From Clostridia bacterium (GTDB lineage Bacteria > Bacillota > Clostridia > Oscillospirales > CAG-272), in NCBI GenBank assembly GCA_017453325.1, contig JAFTKK010000064.1:926-64925 (forward strand): a stretch of DNA of 64,000 nt, written 5' to 3'. Below the pieces are notes generated by a model that saw only the letters and a list, made by a program, of their open reading frames with translations, was not told the origin of the DNA and did not search any database. Below, piece after piece: positions 57,291 to 64,000 of this stretch. Position numbers and translations under genes: made by a program. Position 1 is the stretch's first letter. Every line of letters begins with the position of its first letter.

Positions 57291-58694
57291 TCAAGATTGC
57301 TTTTTGCGACGGACAAAGAGCGAGAGCAAGGCCTTGAGGTCAAACGGGATCAAGGGATAAAGATAGCTGTGAGTGCCGTTAACCGTTTTATTGGAAAGGA
57401 TCAGCAGCAGGATCAGCAGCACACCGATGACAAAGCCCCAGATGTTGAAAAAGGCGATCAGCGTGAGCAGGAGGATGCGCATGAATTTCAACGCGTATCC
57501 CAGCTCAAAGCTGGTTTGGGTAAAGTTGGCAATGGCAACAAAGGCCATATAGAGTATCACCTCGGGGATAAGCCAACCGACACCGACGGCAAAATCACCG
57601 AGAATGAGGCCGCCCACCACAGAAAGCGAGTTGGCAAGCATATCGGGTGTATTCATGGAGGCCATGCGCAATCCGTCGATCACAAATTCCGTGAGCAGCA
57701 GCTGCAAGTAAATGGGCAGCTTTCCCCGTTCCTCCGGGAGCGCAAACGCAAGCCACTCCGGCACCATCTCGGGGTTCAGCACGCCAAGAAACCATAGCGG
57801 CGTCATAAAAAGCGTGAGCCAAAGCACCGCGTGGCGCACAAAGCGCAAATACGTGCCCGTGAGGGGCGGCAGATAAAAATCACTGCTCTCCTGCAAAAAA
57901 TCAAAAATGGCGGTGGGCAATATCATGGCGGCAGGAGAGTTGTCGAGCAGCACGATCACACTTCCCTCTAACAGATGTGCCGAGGCCACGTCGGGACGCT
58001 CTGTATAGCGAATTTTGGGAAAGGGATTGTACCAACGGCTTTTGATCAGCGTTTCAGCCAATGATTCATGCCCCATCGTTAAGGCATCGGTTTTTATGCT
58101 GCTGATCTTATCCTTCACGTGCCTCACCAGCTTGGGATCGGCGCGGTCCTTCATATAGCAGATCACAATATCGCTTTTCGAAGCCTTACCCATGGTGGTA
58201 TAGTGCATGGTGAGTGCCGTATCGCGAATGCGGCGACGAATGAGGGCGGTGTTAAAGACAAGCGTTTCCACAAAGCCGTCTCGCGGGCCGCGCATAACGC
58301 GGTCGTTTTCGGGCTCGGCCGTCTCTCTTGCGGGATAGGTGCGCGCGTCGATCACCATGCCCTCGGCGCCAAATGTGCTGCCAAAAAGCGCCGTCGCACC
58401 CGATAGCACCATTTGCTGCAGCAGCTTCACATCGGAGGTAACATCGCATTCGACGTACGGCATATTTTTTTCCAAAAAATCGGTGGCGGTCGGCGGCAGC
58501 TGCTTCAGCGACAGCAAATAGATAAACAGCTTTTGCATTGCCCCGTCCTTGATCAGCCCGTCAATATAAAAAAGCGTGACCTCATCCTCCCCGATCCTCA
58601 GCACCTTTTTGATGATGTCAAAATTTTCCTGCACACGGAGCGTGCGCTCAAACAACGCCACATTCTCGCTGTATTTTTCCTGTAATTCAAGCAT
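57291..58694 (-). CDS. GerA-family spore germination protein, stand-alone (SpoVAF-like)
   Basis: 467 aa. GerAA-type soluble N-domain (TLFYIDGLIKDG, RGPRDGFVE, ALIRRRI) plus a C-terminal membrane domain. No adjacent GerAB or GerAC genes. Confidence 0.75.
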   Translation of the reverse strand: MLELQEKYSENVALFERTLRVQENFDIIKKVLRIGEDEVTLFYIDGLIKDGAMQKLFIYLLSLKQLPPTATDFLEKNMPYVECDVTSDVKLLQQMVLSGATALFGSTFGAEGMVIDARTYPARETAEPENDRVMRGPRDGFVETLVFNTALIRRRIRDTALTMHYTTMGKASKSDIVICYMKDRADPKLVRHVKDKISSIKTDALTMGHESLAETLIKSRWYNPFPKIRYTERPDVASAHLLEGSVIVLLDNSPAAMILPTAIFDFLQESSDFYLPPLTGTYLRFVRHAVLWLTLFMTPLWFLGVLNPEMVPEWLAFALPEERGKLPIYLQLLLTEFVIDGLRMASMNTPDMLANSLSVVGGLILGDFAVGVGWLIPEVILYMAFVAIANFTQTSFELGYALKFMRILLLTLIAFFNIWGFVIGVLLILLLILSNKTVNGTHSYLYPLIPFDLKALLSLFVRRKKQS

Positions 58695-58716
58695 AGCAAT
58701 CCCTCCCGTTTTGGGT

Positions 58717-58745
58717 AGTATGTGCCAAAACGGGGTGAAAAATAC
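58717..58745 (-). promoter_or_regulatory. forespore-type (sigma-F/G-like) promoter candidate GTATT-17-CATACTA
   Basis: Minus strand reads GTATTttcaccccgttttggcaCATACTA, 22 nt upstream of the ATG and just before the GGGAGGG RBS. Confidence 0.35.
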
Positions 58746-58780
58746 AAAAAACGGGCTGCATCAAATGACGCAGCCCGTTT
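58744..58780 (-). terminator. rho-independent terminator of pfp
   Basis: AAACGGGCTGC/GCAGCCCGTTT stem followed by TTTTTTGTATTTTT on the minus strand. Confidence 0.75.
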
Positions 58781-58790
58781 GGGGCAAAGA

Positions 58791-60032
58791 TCAATCAATG
58801 ATAAAAAACTGCGGCAGACCCTGGGCGTAAGCAGGTGTGCCCTCGCCCGCAATCAAGGGCAGCAGATATTCGGCACACTCCTTTGTGATGTGGTTGGCAC
58901 GCGCGTTGATGAACTCAGCGGGCACTTCCTTGATCTGATTGGCGATCTTGGATACGTCGCTGTGGTCAACGTGATAGGTATAAGGCTTGGTGCTGTCACG
59001 TACGATGATCATCATCTCGCGCGTCACGCCCTCGCTGGCTGCTTTTACGGCGGCGCGGCCGACAGTCACCGATTCGGCAAGGTCGGTAGCCGAAGCAATA
59101 TGTGCACCGCAGCGCTGGGAAATATTCAGCTCGACCGAGCGCACCTTGCAGCCAAGCTCTGCCTTAACGGCATGCTCCAGCGCCTTGCCTGTACCCGAAA
59201 GCTGCTTGTGGCCAAAGGCATCGGTGGAAGCAATGCCAAAGCCCTCGCAAACATAAGTGCCGTCGGCGAAGCGAATACCCTCGGATACCGCAATCACCAC
59301 GTTGGGGTGCTTGGCAAGCACTGCACGCACATCCTCAAAGAACTCCTCTTTGTTAAATGCGCGCTCGGGCAGATAGATCAGATCCGGCACGATACCGTTG
59401 GCAGCAAGACCGATGCCCGCAGCAGCGGTCAGCCAGCCCGCGTCACGGCCCATGATCTCCACAATGGTCACGGCGGGGGTGGTATATACGGCACAGTCGC
59501 GAATGATCTCCTGCATGGTTACCGCAATATATTTGGCAGCAGAACCGAAGCCGGGTGTGTGGTCAGTTACCACAAGGTCGTTATCGATGGTCTTCGGCAC
59601 GCCCATAATGCACATTTCATAGTCATGCCCCTTGGTATAGGCAGAAAGCTTAGCGACGGTATCCATCGAATCATTGCCGCCAATGTAAAAGAAATAGCGA
59701 ATATTGTATTTTTTAAAGATGGCAAGGAGCTTTTCGTAAACCGCATCGTTCTCCCCTGCCTTGGGCAGCTTTTTGCGGCAGGAGCCGAGCGCCGCTGCGG
59801 GCGTATGCTCCAGCATATCAATATTTTTTTCATCAGCAAAGAGCTCATTGAGATTGACAAGGCGCTCCTCAAGCAAGCCCTCCACGCCGTTTCTCATACC
59901 GTATAGGGTCTTAATGGCTCCATCGCCCACATTTTCAAGCACGCCGCGAATAACACCGGCGAGCGTAGCGTTGATGGCGGCGGTGGGGCCGCCGGATTGG
60001 CCGACAACGGCATTACCGATTAATTTTTTCAT
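58791..60032 (-). CDS. pfp: pyrophosphate-dependent 6-phosphofructokinase (diphosphate--fructose-6-phosphate 1-phosphotransferase)
   Basis: GQSGGPTAAINA. GGNDS has Asp at the Gly/Asp discriminator position, and PKTIDND has Lys at the second discriminator position. Both are PPi-type signatures. Confidence 0.8.
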   Translation of the reverse strand: MKKLIGNAVVGQSGGPTAAINATLAGVIRGVLENVGDGAIKTLYGMRNGVEGLLEERLVNLNELFADEKNIDMLEHTPAAALGSCRKKLPKAGENDAVYEKLLAIFKKYNIRYFFYIGGNDSMDTVAKLSAYTKGHDYEMCIMGVPKTIDNDLVVTDHTPGFGSAAKYIAVTMQEIIRDCAVYTTPAVTIVEIMGRDAGWLTAAAGIGLAANGIVPDLIYLPERAFNKEEFFEDVRAVLAKHPNVVIAVSEGIRFADGTYVCEGFGIASTDAFGHKQLSGTGKALEHAVKAELGCKVRSVELNISQRCGAHIASATDLAESVTVGRAAVKAASEGVTREMMIIVRDSTKPYTYHVDHSDVSKIANQIKEVPAEFINARANHITKECAEYLLPLIAGEGTPAYAQGLPQFFIID

Positions 60033-60162
60033 CTTAGGACCTCCAAAGATAACATTGCGTTAAAATTATACCAAAAAAAGTGGTACATGTCAAGCGAAAA
60101 CGCCGCATTATTCGTTATTTTGGACAGGCGGCGGCACATATGGTAAGGCGGAGGTGATTTAC

Positions 60163-60840
60163 ATGTTTTCTTATCTGCTCTCTCTTATCCTTGGCGCCGT
60201 TCATCTTTTGCTTGGCATCGGCACGCCGCAAAAATTTCCGCCGCCCCTCACCGCCGCCGAGGAACGCGAGGCCTTTGCTGCCAAGGCGCGGGGGGACGAT
60301 GCGGCAAGGGAAAAGCTGATCCTGCACAATTTGCGTCTGGTAGCACACATCGTGCGCAAATACTACGGCGCTGCCAAAAACGCGGAGGATCTCGTTTCGA
60401 TCGGCACCATCGGTCTCATCAAGGCCGTGGATACCTTTAACCCCGCCAACGGTGCGCGTTTTGCCACCTACGCCGCCAAATGCATTCAAAACGAGATCCT
60501 GATGCATTTTCGTGCACAAAAGAAGCTCTCGGCCGAGGTCTCGATCAACGAGACCATTGACGTGGACAGAGATGGCAATCCTCTGACCTACATCGACGTG
60601 ATCGCCACGGAGGACAACGTGGAGGAAGAGGTGGACAAAGCCATCAAATCCACGCGTGTGCGCCGCCTGGTAACAACCGTGCTTGACGCGCGCGAGCGCG
60701 AGATCATTTCCCTGCGCTACGGCCTCACGGGCAAGCCGCCCCTCACGCAACGCGAGGTCGCAGAGCTGCTGCACATTTCACGCTCCTACGTCAGCCGCAT
60801 TGAAAAGGGCGCACTTGAAACGCTACGGGAACATTGCTGA
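60163..60840 (+). CDS. sigK: sporulation sigma factor SigK (pro-sigma-K, uninterrupted)
   Basis: Hydrophobic pro-sequence MFSYLLSLILGAVHLLLG, FPPPLTAAEE, HNLRLVAHIVRKY, GTIGLIKAV, ISRSYVSRIEKGAL. ATG 60163 is 8 nt after GGAGG. Confidence 0.8.
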   Translation: MFSYLLSLILGAVHLLLGIGTPQKFPPPLTAAEEREAFAAKARGDDAAREKLILHNLRLVAHIVRKYYGAAKNAEDLVSIGTIGLIKAVDTFNPANGARFATYAAKCIQNEILMHFRAQKKLSAEVSINETIDVDRDGNPLTYIDVIATEDNVEEEVDKAIKSTRVRRLVTTVLDAREREIISLRYGLTGKPPLTQREVAELLHISRSYVSRIEKGALETLREHC

Positions 60841-60850
60841 AAATAAACAC

Positions 60851-60905
60851 GGGGCTGTCTCAAATGCCACGGCATTTGGTCGACAAGCCCCTATGGTTTT
60901 TGTTT
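60851..60905 (+). terminator. sigK terminator, imperfect GTCTCAAAT-type hairpin
   Basis: GGGGCTGTCTCAAATGCC...GGCATTTGGTCGACAAGCCCC followed by TATGGTTTTTGTTT. Confidence 0.55.
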
Positions 60906-60927
60906 GGCGGCTAAACACCGCCATGTT

Positions 60928-61206
60928 TAGCCGTAGCGAAATCGAACACATAAGGTTTTGAGGGGCAAATTTTTCCCTATACTTCACCGAATTTTTCTTA
61001 AATATCCGCATATTTCTCAAAAAATTCGATTTGTCTATGAAAAAATTTGCACGCTCAAAACTGCTCCGCACCATACGGCGAATAAATTTTTGACGGATTT
61101 TGCCGCAGCTTGCCAAAGTCAAGTGCGGACTTTACAAGGCAAGATGTGGTAAAAGACGCGGAAATTTATCGCCGTAGGGCTTATGTGTTCGACTCCGCTA
61201 CGGCTA
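60928..61206. repeat. 279-bp element bounded by 27-bp inverted repeats (25/27 match)
   Basis: The reverse complement of TAGCCGTAGCGAAATCGAACACATAAG (60928-60954) matches CTTATGTGTTCGACTCCGCTACGGCTA (61180-61206) at all but 2 positions. The interior is AT-rich and holds further hairpins. Confidence 0.7.
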
Positions 61207-61274
61207 CCCGATAAACGGGTAAAAAACACAAATTCCCGGCGTCAAAAAGCCTACCGTCGCCTTTTTGACGCGAA

Positions 61275-61308
61275 GAGGGTGTCTCAAATTTCAATTTGAG
61301 ACACCCTC
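61275..61308 (-). terminator. GTCTCAAAT-type palindromic hairpin downstream of the GH20 gene
   Basis: GAGGGTGTCTCAAATT-TC-AATTTGAGACACCCTC. U tracts are weak on both strands. Confidence 0.45.
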
Positions 61309-61317
61309 GTAATTTTA

Positions 61318-63195
61318 TCAGAGATAAATGCAGGGTGTGACAACACGCCCCCAGCAACGGATAAAGGCAACATAAGGGCTTTCCTCTACCGTGCGAGGCT
61401 GGAACGGCAGCACCTCTTCGTCAAGCTCGGGCAGGCTGCTGACAGCGCCCGTCAAATACTCGTTGATGCGGTCAACCGTTGTCACAAGGCGCATACGCAG
61501 ACCGCCGAGACGCTGCTCCTGCACCTCAAAGCCGAAGGGCTTGCTTTCGGTGTACCATTGGCGACGGTGAGAGGCGTGGAACACATCCAGCTTCTCGACT
61601 ATCACGGGGATTTCGGCTGCAAGAGCCTTCAAGGCTTCCTTGTCGCCTGCCTTGTATGCGCGGCGCAGGCGCACCGAGAAATCAGCCTTTTGCACCAGGA
61701 TCGCGCAAAGATTGGCAAGGTTTTCAAAGATGTATCCAAATCTCTTATGCCCTGCAAGCGCACGCAGACGCGCTTCATTGGCACGGTAAGCATCGGCTAC
61801 CGTATCGGGATTCATATGCAGGTTGAAAAGACCCTCAATGGGATCGTTATACAGAAGATATTTGCAAGGATTGATGGGGTTTTTCACAAAGCTCTCCGTG
61901 CCGGGCAGCTCATTGGGAGCATCCACCGTCAAAAACTCCTCAAAGCCAATGTCAAAGCAGGCACGGGCGCGGGCCTCAAGCTGCTCCTTAGTGGGCTTTG
62001 TAGTGCTGTATGCCGCCTCGGCAAAATACAGCAGCGTGGGATAGTGGGCAAAATGAGAGGTCTCGCTGCCGTTATCGCCCCAAGCGGTCACAATGATATC
62101 GTTGATGCCGCGCTTGAAGCACTCCTCACATTGCATTTCGCTGTAATAAAGCGAGAAACGGTTGCGCGGCGCAAAGGTGCCCCAGCGCCAAGCGCCGCCC
62201 GCAAAGGCCACGGGCACGCCCTGAAGCTTCGTGTGACAATCGACCATATGGCCAAAGAATTCGCTATCCTTTGCGTAATAGTCCCAATAGATAAGCGTGA
62301 CGTCACGCGGGATCTTGGCAGCGACCTCGGCGGGGATCTCACCCTCGCGCACGTAATATTTATGGTCAAAGGCCATGCGGAAGAACATATCGCTCCACAT
62401 CATGGGGGCCAGTTCATACTTCTTGCAAAGCTCCACCACACGCGTCAGGTGCTCAAGAATGATCTCGTGTGCGGGACGATATCCGTTCTGATCAAGATAT
62501 TTGCCGCGACCGAGGTTGTGCGCCTCATCCATGCCGATGTTGATACGGCGGGAACGGAAGGTCTTTGACATGGTAGCGATCATCGTTTCGATCAGCTTAT
62601 CCGTTTCGGGGTTGCCTACCAGCAAAATATCATCCATATCGTTGATGGGGGTAAAGACATTCCAGTTCAGCGCCTGCTTCATGTGCGCGAGAGTTTGAAT
62701 ACAGGGAATGACCTCAATACCGAGGGCGTATGCATAATCGTCGATCTCACGCAGCTCGGCAAGAGAGTATTTACCGCGCATATAACCGAAATAAGGATAA
62801 TCGGGCAGCTCGTAGGTATCCTCGGTATAGAGCATCAAGCTATCATAGCCCATCAAAGCAAGATCGCGAAGCATCTGCTTGACACCGTCCATATGCATGA
62901 CCGCGTTACGGGACATATCCTCCATCAGGCAGAGCGTGGTAGCACGGCAGCGCTCGGTGATATCGGCACCGCCGTCAAGCTTTGACTTCAAATGCGAAAG
63001 TGCGCGAAAAAAATCGGTCGCGCGCTCGGCGGTGATCACAAGTGAATCCCCCTCCGAGGTCAGCGCAAGGCCCTTGCCGCGCTTCACCGTAACGGGGGTA
63101 CCGTCAGCGGCGGTGGTAAGACCAAGCTCGGGCAGAAGCTCGGCGGTTCCCTGCTTCCATTCCTCGGGCAGGTTCAAAAAACGGATTTTACTCAT
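61318..63195 (-). CDS. glycoside hydrolase family 20 (beta-N-acetylhexosaminidase-like)
   Basis: N-terminal GH20b-like domain followed by a TIM barrel with INIGMDEAHNLG (catalytic D-E pair). Start moved to ATG 63195, behind AAAGGAG. Confidence 0.75.
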   Translation of the reverse strand: MSKIRFLNLPEEWKQGTAELLPELGLTTAADGTPVTVKRGKGLALTSEGDSLVITAERATDFFRALSHLKSKLDGGADITERCRATTLCLMEDMSRNAVMHMDGVKQMLRDLALMGYDSLMLYTEDTYELPDYPYFGYMRGKYSLAELREIDDYAYALGIEVIPCIQTLAHMKQALNWNVFTPINDMDDILLVGNPETDKLIETMIATMSKTFRSRRINIGMDEAHNLGRGKYLDQNGYRPAHEIILEHLTRVVELCKKYELAPMMWSDMFFRMAFDHKYYVREGEIPAEVAAKIPRDVTLIYWDYYAKDSEFFGHMVDCHTKLQGVPVAFAGGAWRWGTFAPRNRFSLYYSEMQCEECFKRGINDIIVTAWGDNGSETSHFAHYPTLLYFAEAAYSTTKPTKEQLEARARACFDIGFEEFLTVDAPNELPGTESFVKNPINPCKYLLYNDPIEGLFNLHMNPDTVADAYRANEARLRALAGHKRFGYIFENLANLCAILVQKADFSVRLRRAYKAGDKEALKALAAEIPVIVEKLDVFHASHRRQWYTESKPFGFEVQEQRLGGLRMRLVTTVDRINEYLTGAVSSLPELDEEVLPFQPRTVEESPYVAFIRCWGRVVTPCIYL

Positions 63196-63240
63196 GGCGT
63201 ACTCCTTTCTAAGAGGGCAATCATTCATGAATTTTACAAA

Positions 63241-63270
63241 AACATTATATATCGTAACATTATATATCGT
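63241..63270. repeat. perfect 15-bp tandem duplication AACATTATATATCGT x2 that duplicates a TATAAT box
   Basis: Copy A is 63241-63255 and copy B is 63256-63270. The minus strand reads ACGATATATAATGTT twice. Confidence 0.9.
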
Positions 63271-63287
63271 CCGCAAGAGCAAGTCAA
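63259..63287 (-). promoter_or_regulatory. promoter TTGACT-17-TATAAT for the GH20 gene
   Basis: Minus strand reads TTGACTtgctcttgcggacgataTATAAT. The -10 lies in repeat copy B. Confidence 0.55.
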
Positions 63288-63395
63288 CAAACGATGTTGC
63301 GCTTTTGTGGCACAAACTTGCTGATCCACACCATTTTATCACGCCTTTTCGCCGAAAAACAAGCTATATTTTGCTATTTAAAGATCAAAGTTGTA

Positions 63396-64000
63396 TTATA
63401 TTGACATCGTGGGCGAATTTTGCGGTGACATCAGCCGCCGAAGAAACAGGAGGCGTAACGCGACCACAACCGCAAAGCCGCCAAGGTACCCAAGCGCCGC
63501 ACCGAATGCCCCGCATCCGAAATAAATGAGGACCAGAGTGAGTGCCACGTTAAAAGCAGCACCCAAAAGGGTGGATAGCGTCAATAGCCCCGTGCGCTGC
63601 AGCGTGCCAAAGAGAGGCTCTAAAAAATCGGCCAGAACCGATAGGAGTGCGCCCACAAGAATGGGCGGAATGAGTGCGCGCGCACCGTCATAAGCAGGTG
63701 CAATAAAATTCGGAAAAATCCATAGCCCAAGGTATACCGCGGGAATCAAAGCAAGCGCTGCGAGCAGCAGCACGCAGCAAAGCAGCTTCAGCTTGTGCGT
63801 ATAATACGCCTTATCTGTCCTCTGCCCCGCCTCCCCGTAGCCCTTGGCAAAGGAGTACTCCTGCCAGGCAAAGCGAAAGGCACTCCCCACCAAAAAGGCG
63901 ATCTGCGCAAACTTCATGGCTACGGCAAATTCACCGCCCGCCGACGCGCCCACCCAGAGCGTGACCAGCACGCGATTGCAGGAGGAAAGCAGCAGAAAGG
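63396..64000 (-). CDS. MOP/Wzx-type polysaccharide flippase-like membrane protein, C-terminal part (gene runs off the right edge)
   Basis: Frame is open to the window end (...FLLLSSCNRVLVTLWVG...). Multiple TM helices match the C-terminal half of oligosaccharide flippases. Confidence 0.45.
   Translation of the reverse strand, partial: FLLLSSCNRVLVTLWVGASAGGEFAVAMKFAQIAFLVGSAFRFAWQEYSFAKGYGEAGQRTDKAYYTHKLKLLCCVLLLAALALIPAVYLGLWIFPNFIAPAYDGARALIPPILVGALLSVLADFLEPLFGTLQRTGLLTLSTLLGAAFNVALTLVLIYFGCGAFGAALGYLGGFAVVVALRLLFLRRLMSPQNSPTMSI

Noticed and set aside
60137-60145. CATATGGTA upstream of sigK, which matches the mother-cell CATA...TA -10 pattern.
   Set aside because: The predicted start would fall on or inside the GGAGG RBS (60150-60154). 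No convincing -35 element lies at the right spacing. I judged it too weak to call.
60823-61152. Small ORFs inside the sigK-GH20 spacer (99 aa on the minus strand, 64 aa on the plus strand).
   Set aside because: They have no RBS, use non-ATG or weak starts, and are low-complexity and basic. They overlap hairpins and terminators and look like chance ORFs in AT-rich DNA.
61180-61206. A tRNA-like GTTCGACTCC (T-loop-like) string in the right inverted repeat. This suggested a tRNA gene, a tRNA fragment or an att site.
   Set aside because: The flanking bases cannot form a T-stem or an acceptor stem, and no cloverleaf can be drawn. The left copy reads GTTCGATTTC. The two copies are inverted rather than direct, so they do not look like attL/attR.
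60928-61206. An invertible promoter switch (inverton) formed by the 27-bp inverted repeats.
   Set aside because: Both flanking genes (sigK and GH20) converge on the spacer, so neither orientation would drive a gene. No invertase or recombinase gene is in the window and no clear promoter lies inside. I kept it only as a generic inverted-repeat element.

Overview
This 64-kb window looks like a moderately high-GC, spore-forming Firmicutes/Clostridia-type chromosome. Evidence for that: sigK, a GerA/SpoVAF-family gene, a SpoVD/FtsI-type PBP, an FtsW/SpoVE-family gene, GGAGG-type RBSs, and many TTGACA-17-TGnTATAAT promoters. The backbone is housekeeping: ruvC, DUF951-ruvA-ruvB, glmM, rqcH, a HAD-IIA hydrolase, coaW, alaS, pfp, sigK, and a compact, translationally coupled dcw cluster (mraZ-rsmH-unknown-PBP-murE-murF-mraY-ftsW-murG, then ftsZ on its own promoter). 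The main finding is a six-member paralogous family of secreted proteins that I cannot assign to a characterised family. Five are tandem lipoprotein genes (10033-22110, about 12 kb). The sixth (50993-56386, 1797 aa) carries the same roughly 800-aa module behind a long beta-helix-like GGTF repeat region. Each module has two copies of an N-terminal domain resembling the non-catalytic GH20b/DUF4838 N-domain, a middle domain, and a ComEC/COG2333-type metallo-beta-lactamase domain with every metal-binding motif intact. Other accessory content: three translationally coupled SGNH/GxDLY esterase paralogs, GH28 and GH20 glycosidases, an EutH-family transporter, and an XPD/DinG-type Fe-S helicase with an N-terminal PD-(D/E)XK nuclease motif set. 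There is also an M14 peptidase homolog that appears to lack both zinc-binding histidines. Non-coding observations: a Y-shaped hairpin plus U7 tract directly before the PBP RBS, a 279-bp element bounded by 27-bp inverted repeats, a recurring GTCTCAAAT palindromic terminator hairpin with a compensatory substitution, and a 15-bp tandem duplication of a -10 box. I found no rRNA, tRNA, CRISPR array, transposase or integrase. All family and function calls rest on motif recognition by eye, because no database search was possible.
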